A stretch of 64,000 nucleotides of DNA, from assembly GCA_043228905.1 (NCBI GenBank), contig JBHGNT010000006.1, positions 10,230,001-10,294,000 on the forward strand, given 5' to 3'. The position numbers and the translations under genes were made by a program. Under the pieces are notes generated by a model. That model saw nothing but the letters and a program-made list of their open reading frames with translations. It did no database searches and was not told the DNA's origin. Source of the stretch: Azolla caroliniana (Eukaryota > Plantae > Polypodiophyta). Shown here piece by piece: positions 52,701 to 63,100 of the stretch. Position 1 is the first letter of the stretch. Each line of letters opens with the position of its first letter.

Positions 52701-53908
52701 AGGATGGAACGCTTGTACCCCGCACTGAGCAATCCGCACCAAGGATGGAACCGAAACTGGTTCAGACAGAACCGGTCACAGAGCTCCCTGCACAACAACC
52801 TCTACCGACGGGTCAGGATACGGCAAGACCCGAAATGCAAGCGCCGGAAGTACAGTTGCCTACCCCACCGGCAGGCCAAGAGCATTCAGAGGTGGAGCGG
52901 CCAACGGAGCCGCAACCAGAACGGTAAAGTGGTCACCAACAAGAGCTAAAGTTGTAGCTCGACGCAACCGGACAAAACCAACCACTGACCAGCGACACCA
53001 ACAGCCAACCCTCCGGGCAAACGCAACAACAGGGCACCGACAGCCAATGGCTCCGGTGGATTGGAGAACAGATTGCCGGAGTGGTACACTACATAGAGGC
53101 GGAAGAAAAAGCGCAGATGGATCAGTTGCTCGTCACAACTGGAGAACTAGAGACAGCTCGGTCAAGGATCCGGAGCCTAGAACAAGACTTGGACCTGGCC
53201 ACAGAAGAATTGGCCAAAATGGCCTTAACCGAACCATAGCTCCAAGCATCGGTGACTCCGGTAGATGTACAGAATAAAGAAGCATCGGCACTTGTACATA
53301 GCAATAAGACCCCGGAGACGGAACCAGTCCCGAAGATAGTGGCGGCGCAAGCAAAAGAGCTTGCTGAATTAAGAGATGAACTGGCCGCACAAGAAGCATT
53401 ACGCACTCGAGAGCAAGGCTCGAAGAAAGCGGCAAAAGAAGAGCAACGAAAGACTACTGAGAACCTCCGCCGAGCAGAAGAGAATCTGTGAAAAGGACAT
53501 CAAGCCTATGACCGGCTGAAAGAGGAGAAAGAGAAGGCGATGCAAGAAAAGGAGAAGCTGCGGCAGATGGCGGAAACAGAGATCGAAAGATTGAAAGAGG
53601 AACTCCGTCAACAGAAGGATCGGGAAGACCGCGCTCCCCAGCAACTCAACCAAAAGCTGAAGCAGAAGACCGATGATTTTGAGCACCTGCACCGGGACTA
53701 CAAGCACCTAGATACGAAGCATAAGAAACAACAGGAGAAGATGGCAGAGCTCCGACAGGAGGTGCATCGAGTTGAGACGACGTTGGCGGAGGAACGGGCA
53801 GAAAGAACCACGTTGCTGGAGGAAGCCGCGCAAGATTGGATGGAGCTGCATAAGCAGCATTATGAAGAGAATGAAAGAGCGACAATGGTATTGCAAAGGC
53901 TGCAGAAC

Positions 53909-56312
53909 TGTTGGGGTTTTTCGGTCCCTCCGGATGGGATGTCCGGAGATGAATGACGGCAGTTACGGTTACGGTTACGGTTACGGTCCCGGCTACGGAG
54001 CCGGATGATGAAGACCCCGGCTACGGAGCCGGAAGACGAAGACCCCGGTTACGGAGCCGGATGACAAAGACCCCGGTTACAGAGCCGGATGACAAAATGT
54101 ACCCGGAGAGATATCCGGATACGGGGACATATTTGTGAATATGTTTGCCAAGGGCCCTTGAGGCTATATCTGTAAATAACCCGAAAGTCATATGTGTATA
54201 AATATGACTTAGGGCAAACAGTTTGTTGTTGCTACTCACTTATTTTTCTGTTTTCCACTCAAGAGGAGTGAAGAGAGAGCAGCCGAGAGAGAGATAGAGC
54301 GTGAGAGAGGGAGAGGTCGACGCCTCTGTGTAATACCGCCGCCTGTGGCGAGGATAGCGAGCTCAAGGTCGTCGCCTTGCAGCTCGCCATTGTATATTTC
54401 TCTGTGCACAGTTTTGGTTTGGAGTCCTGCACTCCCGTGGTTTTTTCCCGTATAGGGTTTTCCACGTTAATCCCTGTGTTATCGTGTCTTTCTCTGTGTT
54501 TCCTATTTTCTGCTGTATTGATTCGTGATTTCTCGGTTGTGGCCGAGCGGTGAAGCCGAATCGGAGCGTTGATTCTCGACAAAGTGGTATCAGAGCGACG
54601 GCAGTGCAGAAAATGGAAGGCGGCAGCAGCGGGCAGCCGGGGATGATGGTGCTGAATGCGCAGAATTACGCCGACTGGAAGATCAAGATGGAGGATCTTC
54701 TCATTGTTCGGGACCTGTATGAACCGATTGACAGGTCGGAAATACCCAAGGGGGTACTTGAGACGGAATGGAGGCTTCTGAATCGGAAAGCCGTTGCAAC
54801 CATTCGGCAATACGTCGACGTGAGCGTTCTACAACATGTGGCGAACGACACCAACGCATACGAGATGTGGCGGAAGCTGTCGGGCCTCTACGAGAGGAAG
54901 AATGCGTTGAACCGGACCTCCCTGATGAGGAAGATAGTGAACCTCAAGTACCGGGACGGCGAGAGTATGGTGGAACACGTAAGCACGTTCATGGGATTCG
55001 TGAACCAGCTTGCGGCGATCAAGTTCCCGCTGGAGGATGCAATGCAAGCCATCATTCTGATGTGTACATTGCCGGAAAGCTGGGAGAACTTGGTGGTGAC
55101 TCTCAGCACCTCCTGCACGGAAGATAACTTGTCCCTACAAACGGTAAAGACAAGTATTTTGAACGAAGAAGCGCGTCAGAGAGATAAAGAACCGGCCTCC
55201 GACTCGAAGGCGTTGCTTACCGAATCGGAACGGGGAAGACAATGGAACCGGAGTCCGCAAAGACGGGAGAAGTCGGGGACCCGGTCGCAGTCAAGAGGAA
55301 GACCCACATGCTTCCACTGTGGGAAGCCGGGGCATTTCCGGAAGAATTGTCGGCATTACCGAAAGGACAACGGAGCCGACGACACCGATTCAAAGAAGTC
55401 ACCGGAGAGAAACGGTGCATACCGGGGAGCCACGGGCCGGAGAGGTCCGGATCGACGAGGGCAGGACCGGAAAGGAACGACGGCACTCGCGGCAAGTGAG
55501 GAAGAAATCATGCTCATCACCGAAGAAGGTGAACTAAACATTGCCGGCGATGAGACGACCTGGGTGGTCGATTCCGGAGCATCGTTCCACCTGACCCCGG
55601 AGAGAAGATACTTCTCATCCTACACAGTCGGTGAGCATGGCTGTGTTCGGATGGGAAACGAAGGGACGTGCCGGATTGCCGGCATAGGAGACGTGTGGCT
55701 AATGACATCAACCGGATGCAAGATGCTGCTGAAGGATGTTCGACACGTTCCGGAGGTTCGATTGAACCTGATTTCGGCCGGGAGGCTAGACGATGAAGTC
55801 TACACGGGTAGCATCCGGAACGGTGTCATAAAGTTCAGCAAAGGGAGCCTGATAGTGGCTCGGGCCCGGAAAGTCAACACACTGTACCTGATGAATTCCC
55901 GGCTATGTCCGGAGGAGCTGAACGTGGCAGCTGACACTGCCGATGAGCTGTGGCACAAGAGACTGTGCCACATGAGTGAGAAGGGGATGAAGAGGCTTGC
56001 AGAAGACAACCTTATCCCAGTGAAGCATGTGCATCTGGAGAAGTGCACCGATTGCCTGGCCGGTAAGCAGAACCGAGCCTCCTTCCACTCAAGGCCACCG
56101 ACGAGACGTAGCGCACCATTGGAGTTGGTGCACACTGATGTGTGTCAGGTAGAAACGAAGTCACATGGCGGAGCCCAGTACTTCGTAACATTCATAGATG
56201 ACCATAGCCGGAAGCTGTGGACGGCACCGTTGAAGACAAAGGACCAAGTATTGTCCGTCTTCAAAGAACTCCACGCGAGAGTGGAAAGGGAATCCGGCAA
56301 GGAGCTGAAAGC
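53909..56312 (+). mobile_element. 3'-truncated Ty1/copia: 5' LTR 53909-54581, PBS-iMet 54585-54596, gag-protease-partial integrase
   Basis: LTR TGTTGG..TCGACA contains ~28-bp tandem repeats (~53988-54096). PBS TGGTATCAGAGC. The ORF breaks off just before the integrase DNGGE motif; no RT, RNase H or 3' LTR. Confidence 0.92.
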
Positions 56313-56322
56313 GAATCTGTGA
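54613..56322 (+). pseudogene. Truncated Copia polyprotein
   Basis: NYADWKIKMEDLL, CFHCGKPGHFRKNC, WVVDSGASFH, LWHKRLCH and VHTDVC motifs. The frame runs into duplicated host sequence at 56313. Confidence 0.9.
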
Positions 56323-57000
56323 AAAGGACATCAAGCCTATGACCGGCTGAAAGAGGAGAAAGAGAAGGCGATGCAAGAAAAGGAGAAGTTGCGGCAGATG
56401 GCGGAAACAGAGATCGAAAGATTGAAAGAGGAACTCCGTCAACAGAAGGATCGGGAAGACCGCGCTCCCCAGCAACTCAACCAAAAGCTGAAGCAGAAGA
56501 CCGATGATTTTGAGCACCTGCACCGGGACTACAAGCACCTAGATACGAAGCATAAGAAACAACAGGAGAAGATGGCAGAGCTCCGACAGGAGGTGCATCG
56601 AGTTGAGACGACGTTGGCGGAGGAACGGGCAGAAAGAACCACGTTGCTGGAGGAAGCCGCGCAAGATTGGATGGAGCTGCATAAGCAGCATTATGAAGAG
56701 AATGAAAGAGCGACAATGGTATTGCAAAGGCTGCAGAACACCTATCAAACCCAATTGTCACATTACTAGGAACAAGAGGTGGATACGGTGGCACTAATCA
56801 AGCAGTTGAAGGACGAACGGCAAGTCGCGGTGTCGTGAAGTACAAAAGCTTCACATTAAAAGTCTACAATAAGATAAATACATAACTAAAATAACATTTG
56901 ATAATGTTTTATATAATATTAACAACACATATGATAATATTATATATATGTAAAAAAAATAAATATATAGATAAATATATTATATTACACGAACAAGAGA

Positions 57001-57054
57001 GGACTTGAACCAATAACCCCACCCTATGACTCTCAAACCTTACCATTTACTCTA
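57001..57054 (-). promoter_or_regulatory. tRNA-like Pol III type-2 promoter cassette in element D LTR (copy 1; repeated at ~63823-63876)
   Basis: Minus strand: A-box-like TAGAGTAAATGG(TAAGG) and B-box GGTTCAAGTCC, 43 nt start to start. Confidence 0.55.
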
Positions 57055-57165
57055 TACTAGTAATATACATAAAATAAAGCATACTTTATATATACTTTAT
57101 ATTACATAAAGGATTTGCTTCATGATATAAAAATAAAGTTGTATGTTGTATTCAATAGCATTTTG

Positions 57166-57219
57166 AGACTCGAACCCACAACCTCATACACTAAAGTTGA
57201 CACACCTACCATTAGGATA
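57166..57219 (-). promoter_or_regulatory. tRNA-like Pol III cassette in element D LTR (copy 2)
   Basis: Minus strand: TATCCTAATGG(TAGG) ... GAGGTTGTG GGTTCGAGTCT, 43 nt start to start. Confidence 0.55.
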
Positions 57220-57546
57220 GGCCCTTTCTCTTTAAAATTATGTTTTCATGTTTATTGTTATTGCATATATTGTTTCATACATAAAAGCTCAAATGAGCGA
57301 GATGTTTATCATGCATCACATGTAATGCATGAACGCCAAATGGCGATCATGCATCACATGCATTTCATGCACTACATGCATGATTTGTACCCTCCAATGC
57401 ATCATATGCATGGGGGCACCTATTTAAATGGTGAAAGAGAAGATCAAAGGGGAGATATGTATGAGATATCAATCAAATATATATTACATAAGAGATACCA
57501 TAAAATAGAGAAAGAAAGGAAGAAGTTCAAGATAAGGGTGGAGCTC

Positions 57547-57600
57547 TAGCCTGGCGGTCGTGGTGTTCAACTCTTAACAAGAGGGAGGCGGTTCGAGCCT
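57547..57600 (+). promoter_or_regulatory. tRNA-like Pol III cassette in element D LTR (copy 3, sense)
   Basis: TAGCCTGGCGG ... GGTTCGAGCCT, 43 nt start to start, with an internal hairpin CTCTT-AAC-AAGAG. Confidence 0.5.
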
Positions 57601-57986
57601 TATCTTCATCAAAATATTGAAGTGAAGATTGTAGTGGTCTACGATCAAGAAAGAGAAGAGCGATTACCTTGCAAGACAAAGTTTGGAGGTTCAACGACGT
57701 GTATAACCACTTTTGTAACTCTTTCATCAAATAATTATAAATCTCTTTTATTGCTTCAAATATCATTCTATATCCTATCTTGTCATATCTTGTTGATCAC
57801 TATTGATCTATCTCTACTCTTTCGTCTCTTCCGTCCATAATCCCAGTGATTCCTTCCTCACTTTCACGATATCTTTTGTCTACGCAACGCTACGCTTCTA
57901 GGCGAGCCACGTCACGACACAATTTGGTGAACCCGACGTGAAACGGGGAAGTAGAAGAGACATCTGAAGTAAAGATCAACATCAAC

Positions 57987-60161
57987 ATGGCAAGTACGAG
58001 TACAATGGATCCGGTAATGTTGTTTATTGAAAAGTTGAATCAAGATCGATTATTTCATGCCTTACGAGAAGTCCGAGAGAAGATTGGTATGTTTGATGGC
58101 ACAAATATTTCGAAGTATGTGAATATATATTATGATGAAATGGAAATGTTTGGTATAAATGATGTCAATATGATAGCAAACTTTTATAAATTAGTGGACA
58201 TGGAATTAAGAGATAGAATTCATGAAATACAAGCATTGCATAGTTTGGATTGGAATGCATTTAAAGAAGCACTTGTGTTTGAATATGCTCGTGAGGATTT
58301 CTCTCGAGTTACTATGCGTTCATTTCATGAATGGATCTTAAAAGAAGATAAAGGGTTATCTGTGGCTGACACAAAAAAAGAGTTTGATAGGATGTATGGA
58401 CACTTAAAGCCAGAAGAAAGAAATTCTTTGTCTTGGCAAAAGGTTGCATTATTTTTGCAGGCAATTGATAAGAGATATAGAAAAGAATTGGAATTTATGC
58501 TTGAAGTACCAAATACCGAGGATGGTATAACTGCAGATTGGAATGAGGTAACAAATGCTTGTAACAAATTTATGAAAAGAATGCAAAGGAATGGTGTAAT
58601 GCTGCAAATACCACATGTGGGAATCACAAATCGGCTTGAGCAAAACATCGAAGTTCAAAGACTTGGTCGAGAACCATCACACGAAATGGTCCATCAACCA
58701 CGAGAAATGACGGGAACTAAGAGTGAGTTTTTGCTTGATGATTTAGTTCAAAGTATGAAAGATCTAACAATTAAAGTGGCAAAGCTTGAGAATGGTCAGA
58801 CTTCGAGGTCAAGGGAACCATTTCGACCTCGATGCATGTGGTGTGATAGTCTCGACCATCGTCTACGTGACTGTGAAGAATATAAAGACATGGAAAATCG
58901 GGACTTGGTCTATTGGAAAAATGGTAACATTTACTTAACTGAAACTAGAACTCCGCTTACAAAGAACTTTGGTGATGGTGGTGTTAAGGTTAAATTTGAA
59001 GAAGCTGAAGCAAAGAAGGCTTCCGCAATGTATTACTCGGCAACGACAGGAATGCGCCTCGATGACATGCCATCCCGATCATCATTCTGGGAGAAGGTTG
59101 TAAGTACCGCACAAAAGCAAAAGATGAAGATGGAAGACCTTCGTGTTGTCGGAGATTCTGTAAGGAAAAACACTGGATGGGATGTTCCAGTAGATGCTAT
59201 GACGGTCTATGCTCAGATGGCAGAACACCAAGAGCATGAGGTGATAGTGGAAGAAAAAAGGAAAAGATCGGATGATGAGATTGGCTCAACCAAAAAGCAT
59301 GAAACAAGAGAAAGCAAAAGAAAAGAGATGGACGCAAAAGTTGAAAAAGGTAAATCTGGTCCTTCATTCAAATTAATGTCTGATATTGAAAAGAATACAG
59401 ATTTGAAGAAAGTTTTAGAAACAAGAATACTAGACAGTCGAGTAGAATTTACACTAAGAGAAGTGTTAGGTATTGCAAAAAAGGAATTTCATGATGAAAT
59501 AATTGATATCGTGCGAAGAAAGAAGCAAGTAAATGAGCAGATTAAAGAGACAAATCCGAAGGTGGCATATGAAGTGGTGAGCAACGAGTCAAACAATATC
59601 GTTGTTGACTCTCAACATGCATCAACCTCAATGATAAATTCAACAGATGTAAGAAGCCATTACTCTCGCAAATGTTGGGCAAGAGCCACTACTGAGCATC
59701 ATGTGAAGATTGGAAATGTTCCAGACCCCGTGATGGCACTTATTGATCATGGTTCTGAAATAAATATAATGAGTGCTGATTTTTACAGGAAAGGTAGATG
59801 GCCAATTGATACTCAACATGGTTGGCGAGTAAAAGCTGCCACATCAATCACGGAAGATTTATTTGGTGCATGCCCAAATGTAAAGGTTACTATTGGTGAT
59901 ATAGAGGTAGATCAACATTTCTTTGTGCAGGAAGGATCTACCTATCCAATAATCTTGGGGCAACCATACATTACAGCGGTACGGATGGAGACCAAAGTCC
60001 TCGACAATGGTTCTGCCTATGCGAAAATCCGTAGCCAAGATGGACGACGAACTGTACAATTTATGACAGTTCGCCCAAATCATGAGAGGAACAAGCAAGA
60101 GCTTCGTGATCATTCAATACCAAAAGATTGTGATGATTTTGATAATCAGGTTTTTGACTAG
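57987..60161 (+). CDS. Gag-protease ORF of element D, 724 aa
   Basis: Capsid-like N-terminus, zinc knuckle CMWCDSLDHRLRDC, and aspartic protease ALIDHGSEINIM ... IILGQPY. Confidence 0.88.
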   Translation: MASTSTMDPVMLFIEKLNQDRLFHALREVREKIGMFDGTNISKYVNIYYDEMEMFGINDVNMIANFYKLVDMELRDRIHEIQALHSLDWNAFKEALVFEYAREDFSRVTMRSFHEWILKEDKGLSVADTKKEFDRMYGHLKPEERNSLSWQKVALFLQAIDKRYRKELEFMLEVPNTEDGITADWNEVTNACNKFMKRMQRNGVMLQIPHVGITNRLEQNIEVQRLGREPSHEMVHQPREMTGTKSEFLLDDLVQSMKDLTIKVAKLENGQTSRSREPFRPRCMWCDSLDHRLRDCEEYKDMENRDLVYWKNGNIYLTETRTPLTKNFGDGGVKVKFEEAEAKKASAMYYSATTGMRLDDMPSRSSFWEKVVSTAQKQKMKMEDLRVVGDSVRKNTGWDVPVDAMTVYAQMAEHQEHEVIVEEKRKRSDDEIGSTKKHETRESKRKEMDAKVEKGKSGPSFKLMSDIEKNTDLKKVLETRILDSRVEFTLREVLGIAKKEFHDEIIDIVRRKKQVNEQIKETNPKVAYEVVSNESNNIVVDSQHASTSMINSTDVRSHYSRKCWARATTEHHVKIGNVPDPVMALIDHGSEINIMSADFYRKGRWPIDTQHGWRVKAATSITEDLFGACPNVKVTIGDIEVDQHFFVQEGSTYPIILGQPYITAVRMETKVLDNGSAYAKIRSQDGRRTVQFMTVRPNHERNKQELRDHSIPKDCDDFDNQVFD

Positions 60162-63100
60162 GACTGTTGCGAGTGAGGGTTGCAATAGTCCCATTATTAA
60201 AAGACCCTCATATAGGGCATTACAACATATGAATAAGTCATTTCATGTTTCTGAAAGTGGTGCTATATGTGTGACTAGGATGTATGAATGCAAGAGGAAC
60301 TTGAAAAAGAATGCTAATCTGTTTCAGCAAGCATTGAAGGATAATGGAGTACTTGAAATGGAAGAGCAGATTGAAAGTGTTATGGAAGAAATTTCTTTTG
60401 CAAATACTTTAGAAGAGTTAGAAATGTATTTGAAAGAAGATGATGAGAATGTTAGAAAGATACATGTAAACTCAATTGATATGTATTATGAGATTGATAG
60501 GTATAATTGTAAATATGAAGAAGTAGAAAGTTTATGTAATACAAAATACAAAACAATAGATAAAAAGGTCAAACCTGTTGCAGTACCATTACCTATTGGT
60601 AGTGAAGAGAAGATGGAGGCAGCAGCAACCGAGCCTATGCTTCGACCAATAGAGAAGATCGGACATCACTTCACTTCGGAGACAATAAATAACTTGAGAA
60701 TCGGAAGGGGTGAATTTCTTCTACAATCAGAGATCGCGACTTTCAAAGAAATGATCTTTGGGCATGGGAAAGCGTTCGCATTCAAAGCTGAGGAGATTGG
60801 TTGTGTAAATCCAAAGGTGGTGACGCCAATGGTAATATTTACTATCCCTCATATTCCTTGGAATTTTAAACCTATTGCAGTACCGAAAGCTCGATTACCT
60901 CAATTGTTGGAGCTGCTGAAGGATAAAGTCAAGATGAAGATTTTGGAGCCTTCAAATGCACCATACTCCAATAGATGGTTCACAGTTCCAAAGAAAGATG
61001 GTTCTCTAAGATTCATTCAAGATCTACAACCAGTCAACAAGGTCACAATCCGAAATGCGGGAATCGGACCGATCGTTGATGAATTTGCGGAAGCGTTTGC
61101 TGGAAGAGCGATTTACTCTGTGGGAGACCTATATTCAGGATACGACCAATTTCAACTAGCAATTGATAGTCGCAATATCACAACAATGAAAACACCAATT
61201 GGGTTGGTTCGAATGTGCACTCTACCTCAAGGTGCGACAAATTCAGTTGCTCATATGATGAATGCAATGAACAAGGTTCTACATGAGTACATCCCAAAGG
61301 TAACTATGCCATTTTTAGATGATATTCCTATTAAGGGATGCTTAGAAAGAGAGAAAGATGAGACTATGGTTGGAAATGGTTGCAGAAAGTTTGTGATGGA
61401 TCACATTAATGACTGTGAAAGTATTTTAAATAAGCTTGAGCAGGTACATTTGACACTATCAGGAACAAAGTCTTGCTTTGGGCAAAACGAAGTTCTAATA
61501 GTTGGTCATATGTGTGGGTGGTATGGGAGGAAGCCTTCACCGATCAAAATTAATGCAATACAAAATATGAAGGAAGTTTGCGACTCGGTAACAGAGGTGA
61601 GAAGATTTTTGGGTGCATGTGTGTTTTATCATATTTGGTTACCACACTTTGCACATGTCTCAGATCCTCTCTACCAACTTTTAAGAAAAGGAAAGAAGTT
61701 TATTTGGACTGATGAACATACACAAGTTGTTCAACAGCTGAAAGAAGCATTACTGAAAGCACCAGTTCTTCGCCAACCAAACTACAAAGGTGAAAGACCA
61801 ATTATAGTAACAGTTGATACTAGCCCAATCGGGATCGGTTGGGTTATCAACCAAGAAGATGAAGAACAACATCGATATGCTATTAGATTTGGAGCAAAGA
61901 TATTAAATGAAAGACAAAGAAACTATGCACAAGTTAAACGAGAATTGTGGGGTTTGCTTACTGCATTAAAAACAGATAGAGATTACTTGATCGGAGCAGA
62001 TGTAGTGGTTGAAACAGATTGTTTGCCACTCATTGGAATGATAGCAAGTTGCACGACACCAGATATTGCAATGCTTCGGTGGATTGCATACATCAGAACC
62101 ATGAACCCAGAATTGCGGCATATAAAGGGAAAAGACAACCTAGTTGCAGATATGCTGTCAAGGGCAAGGTTCATAAATGAAAAGGTGATGCAAACTGAAT
62201 ATAAGAACTGGGCAACTACAAGCCATCAATTTGCTCATCAAGAATCTATTACGCCTCATGATGAGTTTAATGTAAGTATAATGTTCAAAGACACAGAGTA
62301 TGAAGGTCAATGGTTCGAAATAGGAAATTTTCTAAAGACTCAAGAAGCCAACCCATCATGGTCGAAGAAACAATTAAATGAATTTCGAAGACGAGCATTC
62401 AAGTTTTTTTTACATGAAGGGCATTTATGGAGGCGTCCAAAAAGGCCAACCGAAAATCCTCTTCGAGTCATTTGTAAGGATGACATTAAGAGAAAATTAA
62501 TTAATGAATTCCATGATAGTTTGTGGGCAGGACATAGAGGCATATGGGCGACATTTATGAAGTTGAAAGAAAAGTATTGGTGGCCACATATGTATAAAGA
62601 TGTAACGAAATTTGTGGAAACCTGTGAGGTTTGCCAGAGGTATTCAACTATCCGGTATCGAGATGAGCTAAAACCAACATATTCATCATCAATGCATTAT
62701 AAATGGATGGTCGATCTAGTGACAATGCCACTTGGGGAAGGTCAAATGCGATATTTAGTACTAGCAAGAGAAGACCTTACAAGCCAAGTAGAAGGAAGAC
62801 CACTACGACAAAAAACAACTAGAGCTGTATGTAAATTTTTGTTAGAAGATGTAATATGTCGTTATGGGTGTGTTGGTAAAATAATTGCAGATAGAGGAGA
62901 ACTCGACTCTGATGAAGCTAGAGAATTCTTCAGCCGAATAGGGGTCAAATTATCACTTACAACTGCATATAATCCAGAAGCCAATGGAAAGATTGAAAGA
63001 GGACATAGCCCAATAGTTAAGGCGATCGTGAAAAGCTGTAAAGGTAAAATAAGAGATTGGCCACGCATGCTACCTTATGCACTATGGGCGGATCGAACAA

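Larger units (their letters stand above)
53482..56739 (+). repeat. 427-bp direct duplication of element B sequence (53482-53908 and 56313-56739) flanking a half-Copia
   Basis: GAATCTGTGAAAAGGACATC...CTGCAGAAC occurs twice, with one C/T difference seen. Confidence 0.92.
34499..56830 (+). mobile_element. Element B: Athila-like (OTA clade) Ty3/gypsy; 5' LTR 34499-34947; interrupted by three insertions; 3' LTR outside the window
   Basis: LTR TGTTAC..TTAACA. PBS TGGCAACCACG at ~34955 (tRNA-Arg-like). Gag 35234-36800 with zinc knuckles, protease IIDGGS, RT (FLDD), RNase H, and integrase 39400-39858 resuming at 50472-51291. No chromodomain or extra RNase H seen. Scattered premature stops. Confidence 0.9.
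51665..56830 (+). pseudogene. Extra ORF downstream of pol in element B (helical N-terminal domain, Pro/Gln linker, long coiled coil), interrupted
   Basis: Sense ORF fragments 51665-52162, 52172-52927, 53252-53491, 53540-53908 and 56371-56769 are separated by stops. The start MDYQALSEAAKKWLRQHRLEGFL has a homologue in element A at ~21968 (MSIQVLDRLRQWLESKGL*GYL). Confidence 0.65.

Noticed and set aside
57001-57600. Calling the tRNA-like cassettes true tRNA genes
   Set aside because: No convincing acceptor stem or full cloverleaf by eye, so they are reported only as A/B-box cassettes.
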